Positions 37,103-46,969 of a stretch of DNA of 64,000 bases are shown piece after piece. The DNA is taken from contig JBHJGQ010000024.1 in NCBI GenBank assembly GCA_050331595.1, positions 72,684 through 136,683 on the forward strand, written 5' to 3'. Within the stretch, counting starts at the first letter, position 1, and each line of letters begins with the position of its first letter. A program made the position numbers and the translations under genes. The stretch comes from Opitutales bacterium (GTDB taxonomy: Bacteria > Verrucomicrobiota > Verrucomicrobiia > Opitutales > JBHJGM01). The notes under the pieces were generated by a model, which was not told the DNA's origin, made no database searches, and was given only the letters and a program-made list of their open reading frames with translations.

Positions 37103-39556
37103 CTACTCATCGCCCTCCCTGGCCAGCTGCAGTTCCACGTCGACGGGGATTTCCTCATAGCGCCCGAGGCCCTGCAAGTAGGCAATGATCGCCACCATTT
37201 CACTTTCCGGGTCGACCAGAATTGCCTCGCGCGCCAGACCATCGGCAATCTCCATGCCCTGGGCCTTGGCCAGTTCCATGATCTCGGCTTCGTCCCAGTC
37301 GGCGGGGAACGGATCGCCCAGCAGTGGGCTGTCACGCAAGACCAACATCCGGTGCGCCAACTCCTCAAAGTCCACCTTGCGGTCGTTGAGGAAGTGGTAG
37401 TTGGGCATGATGGAAGACTCTTCCAACGCCCGCGGGTTGACCATGTGCTGGTAATGCCATTTGTCCGATTTGGCCATGGTCGGGCTCACGCCTTCGCGCG
37501 AGAGGTCCGGCCCGGTCCGCTTCGAGCCCCAGACAAAAGGCCGGTCGTAAATGCTCTCGCCCAGGTACGACGCACCGCCCTTGGGGTCGTAGCGCATCAC
37601 GTCGCTGGCCAGCGTGCGGATGTTCTGCGAGTGGCAGGTGTTGCAGCCCTCGGACACATAAATCTCAAAACCCGCCTGCTCCAGCGGCGAACGCAGCACC
37701 TGAATGCGCTTGGTCTGCGCGTCGGCCAGCAGCGCCTCGCTCTCGTTCTGCACAATGGTCGGGATGATCTGCACCGCCCCGCCGATGGCCACCGCAATGA
37801 AGGTCAGCACTGTAAAGCCCAGCGAGTGCGCCAGCAGTTTCTCGTACCAGTCGCTCCACTTCGCGCCGCTGGCCTGAAAGTGCACGATCATCAAAAGCAC
37901 CAGCACAATCGTCACCAGCAGGCTGGCCAGCTGCACCACCCCGGTGCCAAAGAGCCAGCCGCAGCTCACCACGATGATGGACCCGATGTAGAGCACCGGG
38001 GCGTTGAAGATCGTTCCGGCGAAGGTCAGGCCCTTTTCGGCGTACGGGTCCCATTTCGCCGTCTCGATGACGCCGTTGACCGCCTTGCCCTTCCACACCG
38101 TCATCGCGATGTTGTAGGCCAGCAGGAGGAACCCGACGAAGTACAGCCCCCCGCCTATCAAGCGGAAGAGCATCGCCGGCTTGATCGCATTGACGGTCTC
38201 AATGAAGGCGGTGTTGGCCAAAATCCCGCTGGCCTCATCCACGCCATTGAGCATCACCCCCTGCGTGATGCCCGAGGTCCACATCGCCGCCACGTACAAG
38301 AGGATGCCCACCATCCCGATCCAGAAGTGCAGGTTGGCCAGCGCGACCGAGTGCAGCTTCGTGTTCCACAAGCGCGGGGCCAGCCAGTAAAACATCCCGG
38401 CGGCCATGAAGCCGTTCCACCCAAGCGTGCCCCCGTGGACGTGGCCGATGGTCCAGTCGGAGTAGTGCGAAAGCGAGTTGACCGCCTTGATCGACAGCAG
38501 CGGCCCCTCAAAAGTCGCCATGCCGTAAAAGGTGACCCCGGCGGCAAAGAATTTGATCACCGGGTCGGTCCGCAGTTTGTCCCAGGCACCGCGCAAGGTC
38601 AGCAGGCCATTGAGCATGCCGCCCCAGCTGGGTGCCCAGAGCATCAGCGAAAAGGTCATTCCCAGCGCTTGCAGCCATGACGGCAGCGCCGTGTTGAGCA
38701 GGTGGTGCGGCCCGGCCCAGATATAGATGAAGACCAGCGACCAGAAGTGAATCACGCTCAGCCGGTACGAGTACACCGGCCGTTCTGCCGCCTTGGGCAG
38801 AAAGTAGTACATGATCCCTAGGATCGGCGTCGTCAAAAAGAAGGCTACGGCATTGTGCCCGTACCACCACTGCACCAGCGCGTCCTTCACGCCGCCAAAG
38901 ATCGAGTAGCTGTGCAGCAACCCCGTCGGCACGCTCAGGTGGTTGACCACGTAGAGCATCGCCACTGTGATCACCGTGGCGATGTAGAACCAAATCGCCA
39001 CGTAGATGGTCGGCTCGTTGCGCTTGGCCAACGTCCAGAAAAAGTTGATCGCAAAAACGATCCAGATGACCGCTACCGCGATGTAGATCGGCCAGATCAG
39101 CTCTGCGTACTCCTTGCCCCGCGTGATCCCCGCCGGCAGCGTCAGCGCCGCCGACACGATGATCAGCTGCCACCCCCAAAAGTGCACCTGCGTCAGCAGG
39201 TCGCTCGCCGTGCGGCATTTGCACAAACGCTGCGTGGAGTAATATATCCCCGCGAACATCATGTTGCCCACAAACGCGAAGATCGCCGCGTTGGTGTGCA
39301 GCGGGCGCAGCCGGCCAAAGGTCAGGTACGACAGCCCCTCGCTCTGGATCAGCCCAAAGGTGATCCACTCCAGGAACTTCCCGTTCATCTGCCAGAAGTT
39401 CAGCTGGCTGGCGATCAGCACCCCCAGCCCCAGCCCCACCAGCGCCCACACAATGGACGCCAGCATGAACCAGCGGACCGAACGGTCGTCATACTCGATT
39501 TGGACGCGCGTGACAGACGCGCCTGCAACAGGGGCAGCGGCGGTAGCCTCACTCAT
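37103..39556 (-). CDS. ccoNO: Fused cbb3-type cytochrome c oxidase subunits I and II (CcoN::CcoO)
   Basis: Track ORF of 817 aa. The N-terminal part is a haem-copper oxidase body with WAGPHHL and WTIGHVHGGTLGWNGF. The C-terminal CcoO-like part carries the haem c site CNTCHSQ. Confidence 0.92.
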   Translation of the reverse strand: MSEATAAAPVAGASVTRVQIEYDDRSVRWFMLASIVWALVGLGLGVLIASQLNFWQMNGKFLEWITFGLIQSEGLSYLTFGRLRPLHTNAAIFAFVGNMMFAGIYYSTQRLCKCRTASDLLTQVHFWGWQLIIVSAALTLPAGITRGKEYAELIWPIYIAVAVIWIVFAINFFWTLAKRNEPTIYVAIWFYIATVITVAMLYVVNHLSVPTGLLHSYSIFGGVKDALVQWWYGHNAVAFFLTTPILGIMYYFLPKAAERPVYSYRLSVIHFWSLVFIYIWAGPHHLLNTALPSWLQALGMTFSLMLWAPSWGGMLNGLLTLRGAWDKLRTDPVIKFFAAGVTFYGMATFEGPLLSIKAVNSLSHYSDWTIGHVHGGTLGWNGFMAAGMFYWLAPRLWNTKLHSVALANLHFWIGMVGILLYVAAMWTSGITQGVMLNGVDEASGILANTAFIETVNAIKPAMLFRLIGGGLYFVGFLLLAYNIAMTVWKGKAVNGVIETAKWDPYAEKGLTFAGTIFNAPVLYIGSIIVVSCGWLFGTGVVQLASLLVTIVLVLLMIVHFQASGAKWSDWYEKLLAHSLGFTVLTFIAVAIGGAVQIIPTIVQNESEALLADAQTKRIQVLRSPLEQAGFEIYVSEGCNTCHSQNIRTLASDVMRYDPKGGASYLGESIYDRPFVWGSKRTGPDLSREGVSPTMAKSDKWHYQHMVNPRALEESSIMPNYHFLNDRKVDFEELAHRMLVLRDSPLLGDPFPADWDEAEIMELAKAQGMEIADGLAREAILVDPESEMVAIIAYLQGLGRYEEIPVDVELQLAREGDE

Positions 39557-39604
39557 GATTCAGACAGACTTTTGACAAAGGACCGGAGCGCCCCGCCGTT
39601 CACT

Positions 39605-39793
39605 TTAACGACGGAGACGCCCTTCGTTACAAGACTTGGAACTCCGGAAACGCTCTTCTTGGAAGGGGAGGAGCGCATCCTGTTCGGGACTGGACAGGTT
39701 CAACCGCTGACTGCGACGGTCACGCACAAACAACAGGACAAAGAGCGTGGCCAGCAGCAGGCTCAGAAAAAGCGTCAACAGAACAACTTGCAT
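39605..39793 (-). CDS. ccoS: CcoS-like cbb3 maturation peptide (62 aa)
   Basis: Distal part of track ORF 39605..39955, from ATG 39793: MQVVLLTLFLSLLLATLFVLLFVRDRRSQRLNLSSPEQDALLPFQEE... It has one TM segment and a short tail, and lies directly upstream of ccoNO. Confidence 0.5.
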   Translation of the reverse strand: MQVVLLTLFLSLLLATLFVLLFVRDRRSQRLNLSSPEQDALLPFQEERFRSSKSCNEGRLRR

Positions 39794-40119
39794 CCAGGAC
39801 TCAGGCGGTTGGGACGTTTGCGATGTGGTGAAGGCTATCGGTCTGCCGTCGCCTTTTGGAAGAAAAAAATCTAATGCCGTGTAGAAAAATTCATGCTGTT
39901 TGCTTATCCGCCCTAAAGCGGTCCCGCTTCTGCTTAAAATCGGGCAAAATGCCAAAACACGAAGCTCCCAGCCTTAGCATTAAAGGCCACTTACCACTGT
40001 AAGGAACGTTACCGTACGCTTCAAGCCGAGCTAATATGTTAGGCTTTAGGCCAATATAGCCTTACCTTGTGGTCCCTCCCGGCTTGCTCCCTTCTCCGAG
40101 CTGAGCTAGCCTCTGACAA
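39794..40119. promoter_or_regulatory. Divergent cco-cluster / dus intergenic region, markedly AT-enriched
   Basis: 326 nt between divergent starts, containing ...GGAAGAAAAAAATCTAATGCCGTGTAGAAAAATTCATGCTGTTTGC...TTAAAATCGGGCAAAATGCC... I found no convincing FNR/CRP-type TTGAT-N4-ATCAA palindrome. Confidence 0.3.
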
Positions 40120-41142
40120 ATGCTGCATTGGTTTCAGCATCAGGCATTTCCGCTCTATCTCGCGCCGATGTCCCGGTTCACCGACCGGGTTTTTCGCGAC
40201 CTATGCAAGGCCCAGGGAGCCGATGTGCTGGTCAGCGAATTCGTCCAGGCGGATTCCCTGCTGCACAACGACCGCCGCGCCTGGGAGTCGGTCGACTTCA
40301 CGTCGACGCAGCGACCCATGGGCGCGCAGATTTTTGGTTCCACGCCCGAAAGCATGGGTCGCGCGGCGTGTCTGTTGGCCGATCGTCTCGCTCCCGATTT
40401 CATTGATCTGAACTTCGGCTGCCCGGCCGAGCGCGTGGTCGATCAACAGGCGGGCTCCTCGTTGTTGCGGGAGCCTGCGCGCATCGGCCAGATCGTGGCC
40501 GCAGTCGTGCGCGCCGTGCCGGATCTGCCCGTCACCGCCAAGATTCGCATCGGCTGGGATGCCACTCGCATCGTGGCTCCCGAAGTGGGCCGCATCGTCG
40601 AGGACGCCGGGGCGCAGGCGCTCGCCATCCATGGACGGACGAAAGTACAACGCTACGCCGGTGAGGCCGACTGGAATGTCATCGAAGCCACCGCCGCCAA
40701 CCTTCGCATCCCCGTCATCGGCAACGGCAACGTCACGCGGCGGACCGATGTGGTGCGGCTGCGCGATCACAGCGCGGTTGCGGGCCTGATGATTGGACGC
40801 GCTGCCCTGGGCCACCCCTGGATCTTTCGCGAACTCAAGGCACTGCTGCGTGGTGAGCCCATGCCCGCACCCCCTACCGCTGCTGAACGCTGGCACGTCC
40901 TGCTCGATTACACCGCGGGCTACGCGGAGTTCACCTGTCGCGGCTCCAGCGCCGAAAATCTCCGGGGTCTGCGCGCCAAGATCAAGAGCTTCACCAAAGG
41001 CCTGCCCGGAGGTGCTTCCTTACGCGAACGCATCGACACCATCCACACCCTCGAGGAGCTGCGCGCGCTCCGCGATGACTACCTGGCCGGCGTCTTCGAG
41101 CCCGCGGCCGTGCTTCAGGAGAGTTCGGCCTCCGGCGTGTAA
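40120..41142 (+). CDS. dus: tRNA-dihydrouridine synthase
   Basis: Track ORF of 340 aa: LYLAPMSRFTDRVFRDLCKAQGADVLVSEFV..., DLNFGCP, LAIHGRT, VIGNGNV. Confidence 0.9.
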   Translation: MLHWFQHQAFPLYLAPMSRFTDRVFRDLCKAQGADVLVSEFVQADSLLHNDRRAWESVDFTSTQRPMGAQIFGSTPESMGRAACLLADRLAPDFIDLNFGCPAERVVDQQAGSSLLREPARIGQIVAAVVRAVPDLPVTAKIRIGWDATRIVAPEVGRIVEDAGAQALAIHGRTKVQRYAGEADWNVIEATAANLRIPVIGNGNVTRRTDVVRLRDHSAVAGLMIGRAALGHPWIFRELKALLRGEPMPAPPTAAERWHVLLDYTAGYAEFTCRGSSAENLRGLRAKIKSFTKGLPGGASLRERIDTIHTLEELRALRDDYLAGVFEPAAVLQESSASGV

Positions 41143-42668
41143 AAAACCACCACGCTGGGCCCCTCCACGGGATTGGGCACGCTGCGTTCAGCATCGGACC
41201 ACTGGCCTTCGGCGACAATGGCCGCCGTCTTCGGATCGTAAACGCGCCAGGCGTACGGCACGGCGTCGTCGAACACCCTGCAGTCCATGGAGTGCTGCCG
41301 ATACACCAGCAGGAGCTTGCCGGCAACGGTCAGTGCGCGGTTGCCCATGGTCTGGTGCACGGTTGGTACGGCCCCGGTCCAATCGTAGCGTGACAGGATT
41401 TTCCCGACGTTGCCCACGTAGCGGGACCCTTCAAAATCCAGGGCTTCGCGCCAGCCCGCAGCCGGGTCGCCGCACCAATCCGGATGACCGGGCTCATCCG
41501 GGCTGAGTTTCCACTGCCAGAGTGATCCGGCTCCGGCGAATGTCCCAAAGGTGCCGCCGGCACACAGATTGACCCACGCCTCGTGGCCCTGCCACCAGCC
41601 GGCCGCCACGTTTGAGCCGCCCATGCGCTCATAGGTGGGTTCGCCGTTGGCGACCGCTTTGGGCGGTACATTGCGCAGCATGTCGGCGATCTTCTCGGGC
41701 CGGTTTTCGCCGTTGTGGCCGGATTGGCACAATTGAAAATCCAGCCAAGCGGCCTCCTGGTGGGCGGCGTTGTCGCGGTTGGGTCCGTAATGATTACCGG
41801 TAGGTTGTCCGTAGGCATCCCACTCGTGCACGGCTTGTCCGCCAGCCCCGACACTGGGCTCGTGCCCGCCACCGTCACCGCAGATCAACCAGATTGCCGG
41901 GCGCGCCCCATAACGTGCCACGAGGTACCGGCAGTAGCGCGCTGAATCTTCGGCCGAAAGGGTGGGTCCCAGCGTCTGGCCGCCTTTCCAGCCGTAGCCG
42001 TGAAACACCGGTTGGTAAATCGGCACAATCCCGTAGCGCAGCAGGATATCCATCAGCCGATCCATTTGCTGGAAATACGCGGGGCGCAGCTGCGTCAGGG
42101 TTCCGGCGGGCAAGTCTTCGAAGGCAACGTCGAAGCCCTCGGGCTGCGTGCGGTCGCGCGGACCTTCGACCTTGCGGTCCGGTTGCAAGGTCATCAGCAG
42201 CGCCGCGTTGAAACCCTTAGCCGCGCGGTCCCTCGCGTAGGTTTCGCAATCGGCTTCGGTCGCTCGCCAGGGTAGCGCCCAGGCCGTGTCCGCCACAATG
42301 TAAAAGGGATGCCCGTCGTGGTGGCTGGCATGACGCGGGCTGCGTGTACTCATGCGCAGAAGCCCGTGCTGCTCAAAACGCGAACGGCCCGTGGACGCTT
42401 GTGCCTCCAGCTGCCCGTCGCCGCTGAGCCCCCGATCCGCAGGCTCGCTTTGCACCTGCCAGGTCCAGCGCCCGTGCGCGTGCGTCGACGCAAACCGGCA
42501 GCGCCAGCTCTGGCCGCCATCCCAAAACAAGGGGCGGCGCAACCGCGTGCCATCCTCGTGTTGGAAGTCCGCCCAGACCAAAACCTCGGTGTAGGCATTG
42601 GCGTAGGTCGATTCCGCCTCAAAAGCCAAATCGATGACCGCCCACTGTGGTGCTTCGGTCGGGTGCAT
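41115..42668 (-). CDS. DUF5060 + DUF4038 (GH140-like) putative glycoside hydrolase
   Basis: Track ORF of 517 aa. It contains LAFEAESTYANAYTEVLVWADFQHEDG...GRWTWQV (DUF5060-like) and FYIVADTAWALPWRATEADCETYARDRAAKGFNAALLMTL (DUF4038-like). Domain names are from memory. Confidence 0.6.
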   Translation of the reverse strand: MHPTEAPQWAVIDLAFEAESTYANAYTEVLVWADFQHEDGTRLRRPLFWDGGQSWRCRFASTHAHGRWTWQVQSEPADRGLSGDGQLEAQASTGRSRFEQHGLLRMSTRSPRHASHHDGHPFYIVADTAWALPWRATEADCETYARDRAAKGFNAALLMTLQPDRKVEGPRDRTQPEGFDVAFEDLPAGTLTQLRPAYFQQMDRLMDILLRYGIVPIYQPVFHGYGWKGGQTLGPTLSAEDSARYCRYLVARYGARPAIWLICGDGGGHEPSVGAGGQAVHEWDAYGQPTGNHYGPNRDNAAHQEAAWLDFQLCQSGHNGENRPEKIADMLRNVPPKAVANGEPTYERMGGSNVAAGWWQGHEAWVNLCAGGTFGTFAGAGSLWQWKLSPDEPGHPDWCGDPAAGWREALDFEGSRYVGNVGKILSRYDWTGAVPTVHQTMGNRALTVAGKLLLVYRQHSMDCRVFDDAVPYAWRVYDPKTAAIVAEGQWSDAERSVPNPVEGPSVVVFYTPEAELS

Positions 42669-42691
42669 GATGGCGCGCCGCAGGAATGGCC

Positions 42692-43612
42692 CTAGCAGAT
42701 TCGCCCGCGCTTACCTGCCCGCGAATGCCCGACCGGATTGGGCCCTACCCAGCGTTCGTCTGCCGGCTCCGCGGCCAGCTGATAACGTGAATCCGACGAG
42801 AGCCGGATAAGGTTGTCGGTCTGGTTGTCGAGGCTGGCGTGCACGGTAGCCATGCCGAAGGTCAACAGGTCGCCCGCGCGAAAGTCCGCCGTCAGCCAGC
42901 GACCGCCCAGGCGCTCACGCAGGCTTACCGGGTTGTAGGAAAGCTGCCCGCGGCGCACGGCCTTGTTCGCCGCAACGCGCTCGAGGTGCCTGGGCTTGTT
43001 TTCACAGTAGCTGTCCACGTCGCTCTCCAGGTACTTGCGCAGCCGGTCGGCCTTCCGGTGGGACTCTTCCAGAATCATCAACCCGCCCAGCTCGCGCGTC
43101 ACGTCCCCAAAGGGCACCCAGGCCGTGTAGAGGTTGAACGTGCCGCGATTCATGTACACCGCATCGCAATGCGGCGGCGCACCATGACCCGGACTCACCG
43201 CCCGGAACCACGTGAAATCAAAATGCCGCACCGGCCCACCCAGCAACCGCTCGTAAAAACCGAGAAGGCGCGGGCCGTACAGCAGTGCTTCCACCACCGG
43301 ATTCCCAGTGGCGATGTCTGGCCGAAATTTCACCGAGGCATCCGCGCTCAAAATACCCTCGACCGGGTCGTGCGCCGCGTCGAGCAAGCCATCGGCGGCC
43401 AACCGCGTGCACACGTCGCGCCGTGCCTCCAGCACCGACTCGCGGTCGAGATAGCCGGGCAGGTAGAGGTAGCCATCCTCCGCGTAGCGCGCTCGCAAGG
43501 CAGCGGCATCATCAGCGATCCCCGAGGAATCGCGTAGCTCCCCAAACGCGGTCTGCGAAGGGTTCAGGGTGTGCCCGGAAGCAATCAGGCGGGGCGGGCT
43601 CAACAACGACAT
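42692..43612 (-). CDS. Phytanoyl-CoA dioxygenase (PhyH) family Fe(II)/2OG oxygenase
   Basis: Track ORF of 306 aa. It contains YAEDGYLYLPGYLDRESVLEARRDV and the HxD motif in PPHCDAVYM. A C-terminal His lies in the MATVHAS context. Confidence 0.75.
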   Translation of the reverse strand: MSLLSPPRLIASGHTLNPSQTAFGELRDSSGIADDAAALRARYAEDGYLYLPGYLDRESVLEARRDVCTRLAADGLLDAAHDPVEGILSADASVKFRPDIATGNPVVEALLYGPRLLGFYERLLGGPVRHFDFTWFRAVSPGHGAPPHCDAVYMNRGTFNLYTAWVPFGDVTRELGGLMILEESHRKADRLRKYLESDVDSYCENKPRHLERVAANKAVRRGQLSYNPVSLRERLGGRWLTADFRAGDLLTFGMATVHASLDNQTDNLIRLSSDSRYQLAAEPADERWVGPNPVGHSRAGKRGRIC

Positions 43613-43719
43613 CTCATCACACTACCTGCTGGCACGATTCGGTTCAAGTGCAGGGTGGCGGCGTTGTTCGCCGTTTCAGTCGCTGCACCCGCAGCTTGAC
43701 CCGGACACGTAACGCGTTG

Positions 43720-45684
43720 ATGGTCGGGCGTATGGGTATCTCCCCTGACGATTTCCAGAGGCATCGGTTCCTGCGCGTGGCGACCGCCTCGCCTGCCTTG
43801 CACCTGGCCCATGTGCAGGCCAACCGCGACGCCATCCTGGCCCAATGGCAACGCGCGACCCAGGCAGGAGCCAGCCTCGTCGTCTTTCCCGAGCTTTCGC
43901 TGACCGGCTACACCTGCGGCGATCTGTTTCTGCACAGCACCCTACGCCAGGCTGCGCTCGAAGCCTTGCATGCGCTGGTCGAGGACAGCCGCCGGCTCGA
44001 CGGGGTGGCCGTGGTCGGACTGCCGTTGGAAATCGATCAGCGTCTCTTCAACGTGGCGGCAGTCGTATCCAACGGACAACTACACGGCCTTGTCCCCAAG
44101 CAACACCTGCCCACTTATGCCGAATTTTACGAGCAGCGCTGGTTCACGCCGGCCAGCCAGCTGCGGCGCGACCGCCTGGATCTTTTCGGCGCGGACATCC
44201 CGTGCGGCGCAGGCCTGCTCTTTCGCGTTGCGGGAGTGATCTTTGCCATCGAAATGTGCGAAGACCTGTGGGCACCGCAACCGCCCAGCGTCGACTTGGC
44301 CCTCGGTGGCGCGACCGTGCTCCTGAACCTCTCGGCCTCCGACGAACTGCTGGGCAAGGCTGATTACCGCCGCGATTTAATCTGCCAGCAATCTGCGCGT
44401 TGCCTGGCCGCTTACATCTACGCCGGCAGTGGCCCCGGCGAATCCACCACCGACGTGGTTTACGGCGGACACAGCCTGATTGCCGAAAACGGCTCCCTCT
44501 TGGCGGAGTCCCCGCGGTTCGACTTCGACGGCGCGCTCACCCTGGCCGACATCGACCTGGAGTTCCTCGCCCACGAGCGGATGCGCAACACCACTTTCAC
44601 CGGCAGCGAACTGGGCGCGGATTGCGTCGAAGTGCCTCTGGAGATTCAGTGGCCAACCACGCTGGAGCCGCCGCACCTGTTGCGTCCGCTGCCCAGCGCA
44701 CCGTTTGTGCCCAGCAACGCCGCCCGCCGCGCCGCCCACTGCGAGGAGATTTTCGCCATTCAGACCACGGGTCTGGCCCGTCGCCTGAAGCATACCGGTT
44801 CGAAGGCGGCTGTGGTCGGGGTTTCCGGCGGTCTGGACTCAACTCTCGCGCTGCTGGTGACGGTGCGCGCGTTCCAAAAAATCGGACTCGACCTTGCGGG
44901 CCTGCAGGCCATCACCATGCCGGGTTTCGGCACCTCTGAGCGCACCCGGGCCAATGCCGCGCGGCTCATCGAAGGCCTCGGTCTGAACGTGCGCACCATT
45001 CCGATCGAAAAAGCCGTGCGCCAGCATTTTGCCGACATCGGCCACGACGAGAGCGATCATTCGGTTGTCTACGAAAACGCCCAGGCGCGCGAGCGCACTC
45101 AAATCCTGATGGATGTGGCCAACCAGTGCGGCGGGCTTGTCGTGGGTACGGGCGACTTGAGTGAATCCGCGCTCGGTTGGGCCACCTACAATGCCGACCA
45201 CATGTCGATGTATCACGTCAACATTGGCGTCCCCAAAACGCTCGTGCGCTACCTGGTGGACTGGTCGGCCGATGCCGTCTTCGACGAGCCGGTACGCGCC
45301 GTCCTGCACGACATCGCCGACACCCCGATCACGCCCGAGTTGCTCCCCCTCGGCGAACAGGGCGAAGTCCTTCAGAAAACGGAAGAGACCCTCGGCCCGT
45401 ACGCCGTGCACGACTTCTTCCTCTTTCACCTGCTGCGGCGCGGCTGCGGGCCGGCCAAGCTGCGCTTGCTCGCCGTGCAGGCTTTTGGCGAGACGTACAC
45501 CGCCGCGCAAATCGACGCCTGGTTGCGGGTCTTCATCACGCGTTTCTTCTCGCAGCAGTTCAAGCGCTCCTGCATGCCCGACGGACCCAAAGTCGGCACG
45601 GTCGCGCTTTCGCCCCGCGGCGACTGGCGCATGCCCAGCGATGCATCGGCGGCCACATGGCTGGCCCAACTCGACCAAGCCTAA
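43720..45684 (+). CDS. nadE: Glutamine-dependent NAD+ synthetase
   Basis: Track ORF 43285..45684 trimmed to ATG 43720 (or 43732). The 5' part of the track ORF is antisense to the PhyH gene. The CN-hydrolase domain has FPELSLTGY and CEDLW. The synthetase domain has GVSGGLDSTL. Confidence 0.93.
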   Translation: MVGRMGISPDDFQRHRFLRVATASPALHLAHVQANRDAILAQWQRATQAGASLVVFPELSLTGYTCGDLFLHSTLRQAALEALHALVEDSRRLDGVAVVGLPLEIDQRLFNVAAVVSNGQLHGLVPKQHLPTYAEFYEQRWFTPASQLRRDRLDLFGADIPCGAGLLFRVAGVIFAIEMCEDLWAPQPPSVDLALGGATVLLNLSASDELLGKADYRRDLICQQSARCLAAYIYAGSGPGESTTDVVYGGHSLIAENGSLLAESPRFDFDGALTLADIDLEFLAHERMRNTTFTGSELGADCVEVPLEIQWPTTLEPPHLLRPLPSAPFVPSNAARRAAHCEEIFAIQTTGLARRLKHTGSKAAVVGVSGGLDSTLALLVTVRAFQKIGLDLAGLQAITMPGFGTSERTRANAARLIEGLGLNVRTIPIEKAVRQHFADIGHDESDHSVVYENAQARERTQILMDVANQCGGLVVGTGDLSESALGWATYNADHMSMYHVNIGVPKTLVRYLVDWSADAVFDEPVRAVLHDIADTPITPELLPLGEQGEVLQKTEETLGPYAVHDFFLFHLLRRGCGPAKLRLLAVQAFGETYTAAQIDAWLRVFITRFFSQQFKRSCMPDGPKVGTVALSPRGDWRMPSDASAATWLAQLDQA

Positions 45685-46820
45685 CGCGCGCCCAACTCGA
45701 CCTTCGCGTCGGTCTCGGCACTTTCGGCTTTGGTTGTGTCCGCATCGGCAGCGGGTTCCGGTTTCGCCGACTCAGCCGAGGTCATCTCGCTTGATTTCTG
45801 AGCATCACCGGCGGCCACTTGCTTTGTGGCGGCAGTGTCGCCATCGCTCGGCAGCGGCGCGTCGGTGAAGACACCTAGCCGGCGGAAATTCTGATAACGG
45901 CGCTCCAGCAGCGTCTCGGTATCCAGCGCCTGCAGCTTGCTCAGGTGCTTTTGCAGCGCGGTGTCGAGGTAGGTCGCCGTTTCGTCGTAACTCAGGTGGG
46001 CCCCACCAAAGGGTTCTTCCACGATCTGCTCAACCACGCCCAACTCCAGCAATTGGTCGGCAGTGATGCGGAGGTTCTCCGCCGCCTCGGCCGCCCGTCC
46101 TTTGTCCTTGAAGAGGATCGTAGCGCAGCTCTCAGGGGCGATGACCGAGTAGTAGGCGTTCTGTAAAATCATCACGACGTCCGCCACGGCGATGCCCAGC
46201 GCGCCGCCCGATCCGCCTTCGCCAATCACTGTCGCGATGATCGGCACGGTCAGTCCGGCCATCTCGCGCAGATTCACCGCGATGGCCTCGGCCACGTGGC
46301 GTTCCTCCGAACCGATCCCCGGAAAGGCCCCGGGGGTGTCGACCAACACGATGACCGGCAGTCCGAAGCGTTCGGCCAGCTGCATCAGCCGTAACGCCTT
46401 GCGGTAACCTTCCGGATTAGGGTAACCAAAATTACGCTCGATGTTTTCCTTGGTCTCGCGTCCCTTTTGCTGAGCCACAACCATCACCGGTTGGCCGTGA
46501 TAACGTGCCGTACCTCCGATGATCGCCCGGTCGTCGCGGTAGAGACGGTCGCCGTGCAACTCCTGAAAGTCGGTGAACAGCCGCTCGATGTAATCCAGCG
46601 CGTACGGCCGGCGTGGGTGACGCGACAATTGCACGCGTTGCCAGGCGGTCAGGTTCGAGTAGATCTCGCGCTTGGTCGCTTCGATCTTCTGCTCGATGGC
46701 GACAATCTCCTCCGACAGATCGACCTGGGTGTCCTGGCCGGATTGCCGCAGCGCGACGAGCTGTTCGGTCAGCTCCGCGAGTGGTTTTTCAAAGTCGAGT
46801 TGGAAAGTCGGCTTGCCCAT
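45681..46820 (-). CDS. accA: Acetyl-CoA carboxylase carboxyltransferase alpha subunit
   Basis: Track ORF of 379 aa: MGKPTFQLDFEKPLAELTEQL..., LPVIVLVDTPGAFPGIGSEERH. It also has a roughly 60-aa low-complexity acidic/Ala-rich C-terminal tail. Confidence 0.93.
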   Translation of the reverse strand: MGKPTFQLDFEKPLAELTEQLVALRQSGQDTQVDLSEEIVAIEQKIEATKREIYSNLTAWQRVQLSRHPRRPYALDYIERLFTDFQELHGDRLYRDDRAIIGGTARYHGQPVMVVAQQKGRETKENIERNFGYPNPEGYRKALRLMQLAERFGLPVIVLVDTPGAFPGIGSEERHVAEAIAVNLREMAGLTVPIIATVIGEGGSGGALGIAVADVVMILQNAYYSVIAPESCATILFKDKGRAAEAAENLRITADQLLELGVVEQIVEEPFGGAHLSYDETATYLDTALQKHLSKLQALDTETLLERRYQNFRRLGVFTDAPLPSDGDTAATKQVAAGDAQKSSEMTSAESAKPEPAADADTTKAESAETDAKVELGAR

Positions 46821-46842
46821 ACGTGTCCCCTTCAGGTCAAGA

Positions 46843-46872
46843 GTTTTACAGAATCGTCACCTGCCCTGTCAA
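46843..46872 (-). promoter_or_regulatory. Candidate sigma70-like promoter for accA
   Basis: The minus strand reads TTGACA-N18-TAAAAC, then about 20 nt containing AAGGGGA, then ATG 46820. This is pattern inspection only. Confidence 0.25.
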
Positions 46873-46969
46873 CGCCCCCTCCGACAAGGCTTGCGGACAA
46901 AAGATTCGCCGGCCGGTTAAACAAACGTTCGTTCAAAGCGGCCCGGTGTTCCGCGCTTTCGGCTGAAAC

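Noticed and set aside
36848-38680. 610-aa plus-strand ORF.
   Set aside because: It is antisense to ccoNO and ccoP. Its composition (R/H/Q/P-rich) is typical of high-GC shadow frames. The same reasoning rejects 28223..29848 (antisense to hrpA), 32210..33766 (antisense to ccoI), 5104..6528 (antisense to ftsH), 11276..12694 (antisense to the monooxygenase) and 18095..18880/19142..20143 (antisense to the fused permease).
39605-39955. Full 116-aa version of the ccoS-like ORF.
   Set aside because: The upstream 54 codons run through the AT-rich promoter region and look non-coding. The TM peptide starting at ATG 39793 matches the CcoS size.
39794-40119. Search for an FNR/Anr box (TTGAT-N4-ATCAA) upstream of the cbb3 genes.
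   Set aside because: Only weak partial matches were found (for example TTGCGATGTGGTGAA), which is not enough to call a site.
43285-43719. 5' extension of the nadE track ORF (799 aa).
   Set aside because: The extension is antisense to the PhyH gene and is Arg/Pro-rich. The NadE homology begins at MVGRMGISPDDF..., at ATG 43720.
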